From: Candidatus Algichlamydia australiensis
GTDB taxonomy: Bacteria; Chlamydiota; Chlamydiia; Chlamydiales; JAJFMI01
NCBI GenBank assembly: GCA_033977065.1
Contig: JAXCHI010000004.1
Location: 288,001 to 352,000 of the forward strand
DNA: 64,000 nucleotides
Direction of reading: 5' to 3'
A program made the translations under genes and the position numbers. Below the pieces are notes generated by a model. That model saw only the letters and a list, made by a program, of their open reading frames with translations. It was not told where the DNA came from and ran no database searches. Positions 39,718-48,570 of this stretch are shown here, one piece after another. How positions within the stretch are numbered: the stretch's first letter is position 1; each line of letters begins with the position of its first letter.

Positions 39718-41268
39718 ATGAATATCGTGCCAGTAAGTCTAGAAGCAACTAAAAATTATTTTAATATAGATCGCGCAGGATGGAGCCAAACAGCAGGGAA
39801 GGTGAGTTCCTTTATCTTCTCACATAAGAGGGGGCTGTTGGGGTTGACTCTTATTCTCTTCCCATTTGTACTTGTCGCAAAGAAATATTATAACATTACA
39901 GACGTGTGGCCTCATCAAGTATTAATTGCGAATATTTTATATTCTTTACGTAATTATGTGCCGGAAAATTATCGCGTAGGGATTGAGCGGTATGTTGGTG
40001 AAGTCTATCCGGCAAATAAATTCTCTGAAGAAGATAGGGAAGAATTACAAGAGTGGGTTAATCAAGCACAACCTAGGCAAGCACAAGCTAGAGTAATTGG
40101 AATAATTGATTCTCAGGAATCACGTCAGAGACTTATGAACTGTTTGCTACGAGGTAGTAAGGAACTGGAGTATGCACCTTCAAGTTTTTTAGAATTAAAC
40201 GTTTTTGATAAGCTTTCGCACCTCCAGTCAATAGAATTTAATTCAGATGAAAAACTGGATCTTCCAGAGAAGATTCTAAATTTAAAAAATCTGCGTAGTT
40301 TGCGACTTGAAAATTTTAGAATTCCAGAAAATTTTGAATTTGAAAGACTTTCTAAAATCCAACAGCTTTCTCTAATTAAGTGCGATATTTCAAATGATGT
40401 ACACTTGGAAAAACTCTTTTTTTTAAAAAAACTTCGTATTTCCGAATCTAAACTTGAAGCATTACCTTTTTTACCATTAAAAAATTTAGTTACATTAGAT
40501 CTTTATTCCCTTGATCTTGCTGTTATTCCTGAATGGATCGGAGGTTTATCAAAATTAGCTAGTTTAACATTGACTAAATGCGCAGCTTTAAAAAGCCTAC
40601 CAGAAGAAATTTATCGGCTGCCAAAGGGATGCAAAATAAACATATGGGCTTCTGGACTGGCTCATGCCCCTATTTTTGAGCAGACGACAAAAGAAGGTTA
40701 TTCAGGACCTAAATTCTCTACAGAAAGTAGGACTAGTTCTTTCCCTTTTAGAAAGACTCCTTTTTTAAGATTTGGAGCTAGCTGGCTTGATGTAGTCAAA
40801 GAGCTTGACAAATGGATTCATGTAAATAAGGAGAATTCTCTTAGCCGTATAAGATTTCGAGATGAAATCATAAATAGAAGTTTTATTTTTGAGAATTTTA
40901 GTCAGGGTGACGAACTAGAGAATAAAGCATACATTGACATGTTGGCATTTATTTTGAAAAAGAGTCGAGACACGGGTAAACCTTTTCAATCTTATTTTGA
41001 GTTTTGCCCAAGAAGCGTTGTTGAGTATGAAAGAACTCTCGAAATATTGGAATATATAGCAGATAAATATGCAGGCTCATACACAATGGCATTTTATAAC
41101 TATAATCATCTGCCACTAGAAATAGATTTTGAAAAATTAGGAGGGTTGCTTTATCAAAGAGAACGTTGCAGTAGGTTGTCGATTGAAGGATTTACCTTAC
41201 GAAACTTCGGTTATCTCGATAGTCTACCGATCGAAAAATTATCTCTAGAAAATTGTGAAATTTTGTAA
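39718..41268 (+). CDS. Leucine-rich-repeat protein with N-terminal TM anchor, tandem family 3
   Basis: LKNLRSLRL-type LRRs; conserved VWPHQ..IANILY.LRNY module. Confidence 0.85.
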   Translation: MNIVPVSLEATKNYFNIDRAGWSQTAGKVSSFIFSHKRGLLGLTLILFPFVLVAKKYYNITDVWPHQVLIANILYSLRNYVPENYRVGIERYVGEVYPANKFSEEDREELQEWVNQAQPRQAQARVIGIIDSQESRQRLMNCLLRGSKELEYAPSSFLELNVFDKLSHLQSIEFNSDEKLDLPEKILNLKNLRSLRLENFRIPENFEFERLSKIQQLSLIKCDISNDVHLEKLFFLKKLRISESKLEALPFLPLKNLVTLDLYSLDLAVIPEWIGGLSKLASLTLTKCAALKSLPEEIYRLPKGCKINIWASGLAHAPIFEQTTKEGYSGPKFSTESRTSSFPFRKTPFLRFGASWLDVVKELDKWIHVNKENSLSRIRFRDEIINRSFIFENFSQGDELENKAYIDMLAFILKKSRDTGKPFQSYFEFCPRSVVEYERTLEILEYIADKYAGSYTMAFYNYNHLPLEIDFEKLGGLLYQRERCSRLSIEGFTLRNFGYLDSLPIEKLSLENCEIL

Positions 41269-41305
41269 TTTTCAGACTTTTTCAAAAAAAATATTATAAT
41301 ATCCC

Positions 41306-41378
41306 TAAAGCCAATCAATTGTCCCATTTTTAGCTGCAAATAAATTTTTTTAAGTTGGACCTTAGGACCTTCGCTCAT
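41306..41378 (-). pseudogene. Relic of the uvrA 5' end
   Basis: Translates MSEGPKVQLKKIYLQLKMGQLIGF versus UvrA MSESPKIQL[QKVSVHNL]KKVSLELKPGQLIVF. Confidence 0.88.
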
Positions 41379-41435
41379 AGAGGAAGTATAAGAGATTTCT
41401 GTACTTTTATGCGAATTTAGATTATACTACTTCTT

Positions 41436-43004
41436 ATGAATATCGTGCCAGTAAGTCTAGAAGCAACTAAAAATTATTTTAGCATAGATCGTGCAGGATG
41501 GAGCCAAACAGCACGACATGTGGGTTCCTTTGTGTTAAGCCACAAAAGGGAGCTGTTGGGAATTACCATTGCTTTCCTTGCGGTTGCTGGGGCTGCATCA
41601 TTCGTTTATCAACAATATACAGATGTTTGGCCGCATCAACTGTTTATTGCAAATCTCTTGTACCCCTTACGCAATTTCGTTCCGCAAAAAATAAAAGGAG
41701 GAATTGAAAGGTATAACAGCGAAGTCTATCCGGTGCACAAATTTACAGAAGAAGATCGACAAGAATTGCAAAATTGGGTGGAAAGAGTTCCCCTTGGTGT
41801 ACATCACATGGGCGGAGCTAGAAGGGAGATCCGCGAAACTATAATGGAAGAGGTTCTTGCCGGTAAAAAGAGCCTGTCGAAGGAAGTTCCAGTAAATTTT
41901 TTACGGCTAAACGTGTTTGATAAACTTTCCCATCTTCAAAAAATAAAAATTGTTTCGGGAGGAACGAAAATCGATCTACCTGAAGCGATCAAAAAATTAA
42001 AAAATCTCCAAACCTTACATCTAAACAAGTTAATAATTCCCGAAGATTTTCAATTTGCAGAATTTCCTAAATTGGAGTGCCTTTCTTTAGAATTTTGTGA
42101 CGTTCCGTGTGGCCTTCAACTAGAGAATCTTAAGCATTTAAAGAAGCTTAGTCTTAGTTATAATTGTACACTTGGTGCACTCCCTTCAATTCCATCGAAA
42201 AATTTAGTATCGTTGGAGCTTTGTTGCACACTTTTGGCTTCTGTTCCAACTGCAGTCGGGGGCTTCTCAAAGTTAACTTTTTTAGATTTGAGCCATAATA
42301 GAGAAATGAAAAGCCTACCTGAGGAAATTTATCAATTATCAAAGAAATGTAAAATATTAATAGGGTGGTCTGCTATTGCTCTTGCGCCTGTCTTTCAAGA
42401 GATAATAAAAGAAGGCTATTCAGGGCCTCAATTTTTTGTTAATAGCACGCCTATTGATGAAGGCGATTATCATCTTCCTTTATCTGAAAATAAAAGTCAT
42501 TCATTTTTGTCATTGGGATCTAATTGGCTTGAAATAGTCAGAGAGCTTGATAAACTTGTTCATGACAACGTCCCTCTTCATAGATCTTTTCGAGAAAAAA
42601 TTATACATAACAAATTGACCGATTATAAATTTAGGCTAGGGGAGCATATGCGACAAGATAAGAAAGTTATCGACATGCTGGTATATATTTCGAATAACTG
42701 CGAAGCAGGAAGCCCAATACGTAACTGTCACTTTCAATTTGAACCAATGTGTGTTTCAGATACGGAACAATCCATTAAAATAGCAAATTATATTATCGAT
42801 AATTACAAAGAAAAATATTCATTCTCATTTAGGAAGCTTGGCCCCAGACCTCTAGAGATAAATTTAAGAGAATTGGTGGGCCTAGCGAATCAAACAGAAC
42901 TCTGTAGTAGCCTGTCGATTAAAGGATTTACCTTGAGGAATTTTGATTATTTGGACACTTTATCGGTAGAAAAGCTTTCAATAGAAGATTGTGAAATTTT
43001 GTAA
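41436..43004 (+). CDS. Leucine-rich-repeat protein, tandem family 3
   Basis: Identical first 15 aa to the 39718 ORF; LRRs; same GFTLRNF.YLD.L..EKLS.E.CEIL end. Confidence 0.85.
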   Translation: MNIVPVSLEATKNYFSIDRAGWSQTARHVGSFVLSHKRELLGITIAFLAVAGAASFVYQQYTDVWPHQLFIANLLYPLRNFVPQKIKGGIERYNSEVYPVHKFTEEDRQELQNWVERVPLGVHHMGGARREIRETIMEEVLAGKKSLSKEVPVNFLRLNVFDKLSHLQKIKIVSGGTKIDLPEAIKKLKNLQTLHLNKLIIPEDFQFAEFPKLECLSLEFCDVPCGLQLENLKHLKKLSLSYNCTLGALPSIPSKNLVSLELCCTLLASVPTAVGGFSKLTFLDLSHNREMKSLPEEIYQLSKKCKILIGWSAIALAPVFQEIIKEGYSGPQFFVNSTPIDEGDYHLPLSENKSHSFLSLGSNWLEIVRELDKLVHDNVPLHRSFREKIIHNKLTDYKFRLGEHMRQDKKVIDMLVYISNNCEAGSPIRNCHFQFEPMCVSDTEQSIKIANYIIDNYKEKYSFSFRKLGPRPLEINLRELVGLANQTELCSSLSIKGFTLRNFDYLDTLSVEKLSIEDCEIL

Positions 43005-43168
43005 TTTTCAGATTTCCTAAAAAATATTTTAATATCCCTAAAGGCAATCAACTTTCCTAGATTCAATTATAACGAAAGTTAGTGAATTCAGATCAGAAGA
43101 GCTTTAATCCTATTGGAAGTATTGGGAATCTCTATACTTTATTACAAGTTCATGTTAAAATGTTCTCT

Positions 43169-44125
43169 ATGAATGCTACAAATTTAACTGAAACAAGTCT
43201 AAAAATATCAAAAAATATTTTTAATTTTGATCATGCTGCATGGAGCCAGACGGCAGAGAAAGTGGGCTCTTTTTTCCATTCACACAGATTTCTAATGGCT
43301 AAAATAGTGTTGGGAGTGACTCTTTTAAATATTGTTACTATTATGGGCGCTGGATCTCTGATATATAGAAAAATGCGAGGTGTTTGGCCACATCAAGTAC
43401 TTACTGCAAATATTTTATATCCTCTTCGTAATTATACACCTGAAAGTTGGAAAACAATCATTGAGAACTATAATGACGAAATCAACCCGGCAAATAAATT
43501 TACAGCAGAAGACAGAGAAGAACTACAAGAGTGGGTTGATCAAGCAGAAGAGCGACCTGATAGAGGTGCAGGGATTCCTGATTCTCGGGATTTACGCCAA
43601 GGACTCATGAATCGTGTGCTAGAAGGAAAGAAGAATTTAGATTTTTATTTACGTAGGCCTTTAAACTATTGGGAGCAGGGGGGGCTTCCTGATGAAAGAG
43701 AAATAGTTGTTCCTCTAAGTTTTTTAGATTTAAAAGTATTTAATAAATTATCTCATATTTCTGATATTAGCATTAAATCAAATGAAAAACGCGATCCACC
43801 AGAGGAGATTTTAGATCTAAAAAATCTTCGTAGTTTGACTCTTATAAATTGTACAATACCAGAAAACTTTGAGTTTGAAAAACTCCCTAAATTGGAAAAA
43901 CTTTTCTTTTGGCGGTGCGATATTCCAGATATTTTGTATTTGAAAAAGGTAAGCAATTTGCATCAAATTGGTATTGCAAATTGTACAATACCAGAAAACC
44001 TTCAGTTTGAAGAACCCTCTAAATTTGAAAAACTTTTCATTGTTGATTGCAATATTCCAGATATTACGTTTTTGGAAGGGTTAAGCCATTTGCGTGGAAT
44101 TGATATTGAAGATTGTATAATTTAA
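43169..44125 (+). CDS. Leucine-rich-repeat protein, tandem family 3 (C-terminally truncated)
   Basis: Same N-terminal module; ends within the LRRs. Confidence 0.75.
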   Translation: MNATNLTETSLKISKNIFNFDHAAWSQTAEKVGSFFHSHRFLMAKIVLGVTLLNIVTIMGAGSLIYRKMRGVWPHQVLTANILYPLRNYTPESWKTIIENYNDEINPANKFTAEDREELQEWVDQAEERPDRGAGIPDSRDLRQGLMNRVLEGKKNLDFYLRRPLNYWEQGGLPDEREIVVPLSFLDLKVFNKLSHISDISIKSNEKRDPPEEILDLKNLRSLTLINCTIPENFEFEKLPKLEKLFFWRCDIPDILYLKKVSNLHQIGIANCTIPENLQFEEPSKFEKLFIVDCNIPDITFLEGLSHLRGIDIEDCII

Positions 44126-44194
44126 ATTGCCATTCTGTAACCTAGAGGATCTTCCGCTTCAGATTACAGTTTTTTGTATAGTATTTGTTAGTTC

Positions 44195-44240
44195 AACTGA
44201 AGTTGCTACCCAGTTTCTCCTATAGAGAGGGGGATTTTTT
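44195..44240 (+). repeat. Arm of palindromic element family A
   Basis: AACTGAAGTTGCTACCCAGTTTCTCCTATAGAGAGGGGGATTTTTT matches reverse complement of 51661-51705. Confidence 0.8.
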
Positions 44241-44340
44241 CTTTGCATATTCTCCGCAGATAATTAATCATATTAAATAATTGAATTCTTGTAACTTATC
44301 GCTTTTTTAGTTAAAATATTCCCATAACAAGGTTACTCCT

Positions 44341-45033
44341 ATGCTAACTGTAAATGAATACTTTAATCACTCTTGTACGCTCGCCAACGCAGGAAAAGAG
44401 CGCCTGGTCTCCTATTTTAAACCTGTATCAAGCTATGCAGAAACGTTTTTTAGTGAAGGAGCGAAAGAGACAATTGCTAAAAATCGCGTTCTAATTATAA
44501 CAGTTCTTTCAATTACAGCCCTAGGATTAACAGGGCTATCTGTTTATTACATTGCAAAGCGGGTCTTCAGTAAAACAACTTCCGATGCCAAACCTTCTCT
44601 TAAGAGGAGCCCAGAGTATGACAAAAATACAGGCAGGTATTCTAGTGCCGGGTGCTCTTTTGCTCTTCCTAATGGAATAAATCCCAAAGAGGAGGAGATA
44701 ACATTTATCCTTCCGAGTGGTGTAAAGCTGACGTTTTTTCAATATAAAGACCGTACAAAGTCCACAATTGATGATGACTTGAGCGCGTATACTACTCATT
44801 ATCAGAAAGGCTTGAATCAAGAACCCAAAAAAGGTTCTCTTGATAACGGACTTAAGTATCTCGCAATCTCTCCGATTCATGTTGAAGGAAATCCCTATTT
44901 AAAATCCTATACTATCTACAACGGAGAGGATAGATATAGGTTTACGGCGACTCATATAGAGCAAGCAAAGATAAAAGAGAGTATTGAAATGAATGCAATT
45001 TTAGAATCATTTACCCTTACTAAGGAGAGCTAA
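44341..45033 (+). CDS. Hypothetical protein, tandem family 4 (TM plus putative PsbP/DcrB-like domain)
   Basis: FF..G.K..I..NR..I then TM; GCSFALPNG; ILESF end. Confidence 0.7.
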   Translation: MLTVNEYFNHSCTLANAGKERLVSYFKPVSSYAETFFSEGAKETIAKNRVLIITVLSITALGLTGLSVYYIAKRVFSKTTSDAKPSLKRSPEYDKNTGRYSSAGCSFALPNGINPKEEEITFILPSGVKLTFFQYKDRTKSTIDDDLSAYTTHYQKGLNQEPKKGSLDNGLKYLAISPIHVEGNPYLKSYTIYNGEDRYRFTATHIEQAKIKESIEMNAILESFTLTKES

Positions 45034-45034
45034 A

Positions 45035-45739
45035 ATGGCAGCTATAGGAACTACACTTTCCATAGCAGGGAGCGCTGCTCAAGCTTTACCTGGAGCAAAC
45101 ACTAACCAAGCAAAGACAATTGCTAACAGATTCTTCAACAATGATATAAAAAAAACATTTGTGCAAAACCGCACTCTTATTTTCGCTACTCTTACAGTAG
45201 TAACTTTGTCATCTACTGTACTCGCTATCTATTTTGTTTATCAAAAAAATGTAACCCTCAATAAAACAGATAAAGAAAATGAGTTCACGATTCAAATCAG
45301 TGGAAATCGTGTTTCTGTTTCTCCCTCAGGTTTTACTTTTCAGATTCCTTCAAGTACAAAACAACACGCAAATCAGAAATTTTTGCTACCTGAAGATTTA
45401 ACACTACAATTTTCAGTCTCTAAGACGAACAAGAGCATTGGTGATTATGTGGAAGAATTTAAAGATAATGCATGTTCAGGAAAGACGGAAAAACCGATAA
45501 GTGTAAATGGAAGATTAAGAACTTCATACGCAGGAGAGTTTGTTCCACAATTGTTTAGCGTTAATGGGGTTCAGGTTCTAGAACGTCGCCCTAAAAAAGT
45601 GCTTGAGGGAGTGTTTGAGCGGAGCTATTACATAGTAGGTGCAGGTCGCCTCTACCTACTAAAATTTTCTCACGAAAGTGATCCGTCAAAACTAGAAACT
45701 TTACAAAATGTTTTAAAATCAATAGTTTTTCATAATTAG
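45035..45739 (+). CDS. Hypothetical protein, tandem family 4
   Basis: AAGGAG RBS; FFNN..K.TF.QNRTLI then TM; GFTFQIPS; VLKSIVF end. Confidence 0.7.
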   Translation: MAAIGTTLSIAGSAAQALPGANTNQAKTIANRFFNNDIKKTFVQNRTLIFATLTVVTLSSTVLAIYFVYQKNVTLNKTDKENEFTIQISGNRVSVSPSGFTFQIPSSTKQHANQKFLLPEDLTLQFSVSKTNKSIGDYVEEFKDNACSGKTEKPISVNGRLRTSYAGEFVPQLFSVNGVQVLERRPKKVLEGVFERSYYIVGAGRLYLLKFSHESDPSKLETLQNVLKSIVFHN

Positions 45740-45748
45740 AGACTTAAG

Positions 45749-46471
45749 GTGACAACTGTAGGAAATATTATTACAGAAGCAAGCAAAGCCACTCAGGGTT
45801 TACCTGCAGCAAAAATGGACCGAGCGAGTTTTGTTGCTAGTACGTTTTTTAGCGGAGGTATGCGCAACTTTATTGCTGAGAATAGATCATTCGTTATTGC
45901 GCTTTCTGCAGCCACGCTATTTGGTACAGCTTATTTAGTTCATAAAATGATATCTGAAAAAACTGGAGTTAAGTATAACATCCAATTTGACCTTCCTGAC
46001 GGAGTAAAAAAGGCTGATTTAGAAAAATCTATCAATCTGGAAGTGGCCAAAGAGAGTGCAAAAAAAGAAATTACCGCTCGTCAAAAAGATGGCATTGTTT
46101 TTACTGATGAAGAAATAGCCTTTCTTTGTGCCGATCTGATAGAAATACAGCTATTTAAAAAGCCTAGTGCAAAAGAGTTATATGTATTTTGTTCCATCCA
46201 AAGCAGAGATCAAACGTTTGATTTTTCACAAATTCATACTGTTTGGACGAAATTCTATGGAAAAGATTTTGTAGAATCAACGCTCTTAACTTTGACAAGT
46301 GGGGAAAAAGCCGTCCGTTTTAGGGTGTCAGGTAAAGAAGCTTCTGAAATTGTCATGATTGAGAAAGGGGGGTTCTTTTACGGGCTCTGTTTTCCTTCTT
46401 CTGAAGTTCAGCTATTAACGTTTCGGGCTGATGTAACAAATCTGATCAATTCAATCACATTTCCCGAATAA
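45749..46471 (+). CDS. Hypothetical protein, tandem family 4
   Basis: FFSGGMRNFIAENRSFVI then TM; IQFDLPDG; LINSITF end. Confidence 0.7.
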   Translation: MTTVGNIITEASKATQGLPAAKMDRASFVASTFFSGGMRNFIAENRSFVIALSAATLFGTAYLVHKMISEKTGVKYNIQFDLPDGVKKADLEKSINLEVAKESAKKEITARQKDGIVFTDEEIAFLCADLIEIQLFKKPSAKELYVFCSIQSRDQTFDFSQIHTVWTKFYGKDFVESTLLTLTSGEKAVRFRVSGKEASEIVMIEKGGFFYGLCFPSSEVQLLTFRADVTNLINSITFPE

Positions 46472-46525
46472 AATTCTGAATAGAAGCAAAAAGCGTTTTC
46501 TGTAATTAGCTCAAAAGTCTGTTTA

Positions 46526-46746
46526 GGGGTGTTCTCTTAATTTATGAATTTGAGGGGTGGTTTTCTTTTTAGAAGAAATTTATTATAGAGGGTAAAAGCA
46601 GCTTGATAAAACTCAAGTTACTACCTAGTCTCTCCAGAAGGGGATGGGGGTAGCAACTTGAGTTTGATAAAATCGGTGAAATCTGAATAGCAAATCTACT
46701 CAGAAAGAAAACCGAACAGCAAGTTCAAAAATTCAGAGAACACCTC
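46526..46746. mobile_element. About 220-bp imperfect palindrome (family F) with a family A element nested near its centre
   Basis: GGGGTGTTCTCTTAATTTATGAA...GGTTTTCTTT pairs with AAAGAAAACC...TTCAAAAATTCAGAGAACACCTC. Confidence 0.7.
46611..46663 (+). repeat. Short form of palindromic element family A
   Basis: ACTCAAGTTACTACC...GGTAGCAACTTGAGT flanked by TTGATAAA direct repeats. Confidence 0.88.
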
Positions 46747-46748
46747 AA

Positions 46749-48548
46749 ATGCACCGTAGAACAAAAATTGTTTGTACTATAGGCCCCGCCGTCAGCAGCG
46801 AAGAGAAGATCGATCAGCTGATTTCCGCAGGAATGAATGTGGCGCGCTTAAACTTTAGCCATGGGACCCGTGAGGATCACGCGAAAACAATTGCTAATTT
46901 AAAAAAACTGCGTAAAAAGCGTGAAATTCCTCTAGCTATCATGCTGGATACGAAAGGACCTGAGATTCGTGTAGGCAAGTTAATCCAAGAGCAGCTTGAG
47001 TTAAAGAAGAGAGACAAACTTAAGCTAGTAAAAGGTGAGGCAAAAGAGAGCTTAGAGGTGCCAATTACGCCCGCTTCTGTTGTAGATGATTTAGAAGAGG
47101 GAATGCATGTACTCTTTGATGATGGCTACATCAGTGCAAAGGTTATAGAGAAAAGCAAAGACTTTGTAACAGTTCAAATAGAGAATCCTGGCGTTCTGCT
47201 TAGCAATAAAGGAATCAATATCCCCCATGAAAATATTGATTTACCTGCGATGACAGAACAGGATATGGCAGACATTCGGTTTGGGTGTGAGCAGGATGTG
47301 GATATTATTGCCGCATCGTTTATTCGCTCTGCAGAGCATATTCTTGAGATCAAACAGCTGCTGGCAAAAGAGAAGGCGCAGGATATCATGGTCATGGCCA
47401 AGATAGAGAGCGCTGAGGGGGTCAACCACTTTGACTCTATTCTCCAGGCAGCAGATGGAATTATGGTAGCAAGGGGCGATCTAGGCGTAGAATTGCCTCT
47501 TAAAGATGTGCCGCGCTTGCAGAAAATGATGATTCGTAAGTGCTACCATTCAGGCAAGTCTGTGATCATTGCGACGCAAATGCTAGAGTCGATGATCACA
47601 AATCCAAGACCGACGCGAGCAGAAGTCTCTGATGTAGCCAATGCGATCTATGATAGTGCATCTGCTGTGATGCTCTCAGGAGAGACCGCTGTTGGTAAGT
47701 ACCCAATTGAAGCGGTTAAAATGATGCGCAGCGTAATTGAAGAGGCTGAGAGCGATTTTGACTACCGCAGTTTTTTCTACAGTGACACAAGAGGGGATTT
47801 TTATGATGTGGCGACTTCTGTTGGCTTAGCATCGGTAAAAACAGCCTATGCGATCGATGCAAAAGCTATTTTTGTCTTTACTCATAGTGGTAATGCGGCG
47901 CGTACTATTGCCCGTTTGCGACCTTATCAGCCGATCATTGCACTCTCTCCTACACAGAAAACTTATCATCAGATGGGCGTAAATTGGGGGGTCGTCCCAT
48001 TTTTTGGTGAGGTTAAGGATTTGAAGAGCGGATTCGCCACTCTGAGCTGTTTTGCACTGAAGAAAAAGCTTACGCGCTATGGAGATTTGGTAGTCGTTTC
48101 AGCAGGATCGCCCTTTGGGATTTCAGGAACAACTAATACAATGATTGTGGAAAATATTGGAGATGTTCTAGTGCGTGGGTACGCGACAAAAAAAGGCAAA
48201 CGCACAGTTGGGAAAGTGCTCATTGTGCTCTCTACAGAAAATAAAAGACAGTACCATATACAAGGCAAAGTTGCGGTGCTCACTGCTTGTGATACAGAGT
48301 ATGAGAAGCTTCTGCATGGAACAGCTGGAATCATTTTACAGAATCATCCAGACGATTTAGAGTCGGAAAAATGTGCCAAGGCACTGGCAAAAAACCTTAA
48401 TGTTCCTCTGATCACGCGTGCTGATAACGCCTCCACAATTCTGCAAGAAGGACAACTGGTCACTCTTGATCCGCAAAAAGGTCTTGTTTTCAAAGGATCG
48501 TTTTCAACAGACGATGAGATGATTCATCAAGTTTGTTGTGATGATTGA
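46749..48548 (+). CDS. pyk: Pyruvate kinase with C-terminal PEP-utiliser-like domain
   Basis: RRTKIVCTIGP, RLNFSHG, DTKGPEIR, MVARGDLG, MLSGETA. Confidence 0.97.
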   Translation: MHRRTKIVCTIGPAVSSEEKIDQLISAGMNVARLNFSHGTREDHAKTIANLKKLRKKREIPLAIMLDTKGPEIRVGKLIQEQLELKKRDKLKLVKGEAKESLEVPITPASVVDDLEEGMHVLFDDGYISAKVIEKSKDFVTVQIENPGVLLSNKGINIPHENIDLPAMTEQDMADIRFGCEQDVDIIAASFIRSAEHILEIKQLLAKEKAQDIMVMAKIESAEGVNHFDSILQAADGIMVARGDLGVELPLKDVPRLQKMMIRKCYHSGKSVIIATQMLESMITNPRPTRAEVSDVANAIYDSASAVMLSGETAVGKYPIEAVKMMRSVIEEAESDFDYRSFFYSDTRGDFYDVATSVGLASVKTAYAIDAKAIFVFTHSGNAARTIARLRPYQPIIALSPTQKTYHQMGVNWGVVPFFGEVKDLKSGFATLSCFALKKKLTRYGDLVVVSAGSPFGISGTTNTMIVENIGDVLVRGYATKKGKRTVGKVLIVLSTENKRQYHIQGKVAVLTACDTEYEKLLHGTAGIILQNHPDDLESEKCAKALAKNLNVPLITRADNASTILQEGQLVTLDPQKGLVFKGSFSTDDEMIHQVCCDD

Positions 48549-48570
48549 TTCTATTTGTTAAGCTAATTGC

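Noticed and set aside
48530..48548. Cys-Cys near the C-termini of Pyk (VCCDD) and YbbR (LCCTD) as lipidation signals
   Set aside because: Acidic or polar residues do not fit CaaX, and these are housekeeping proteins
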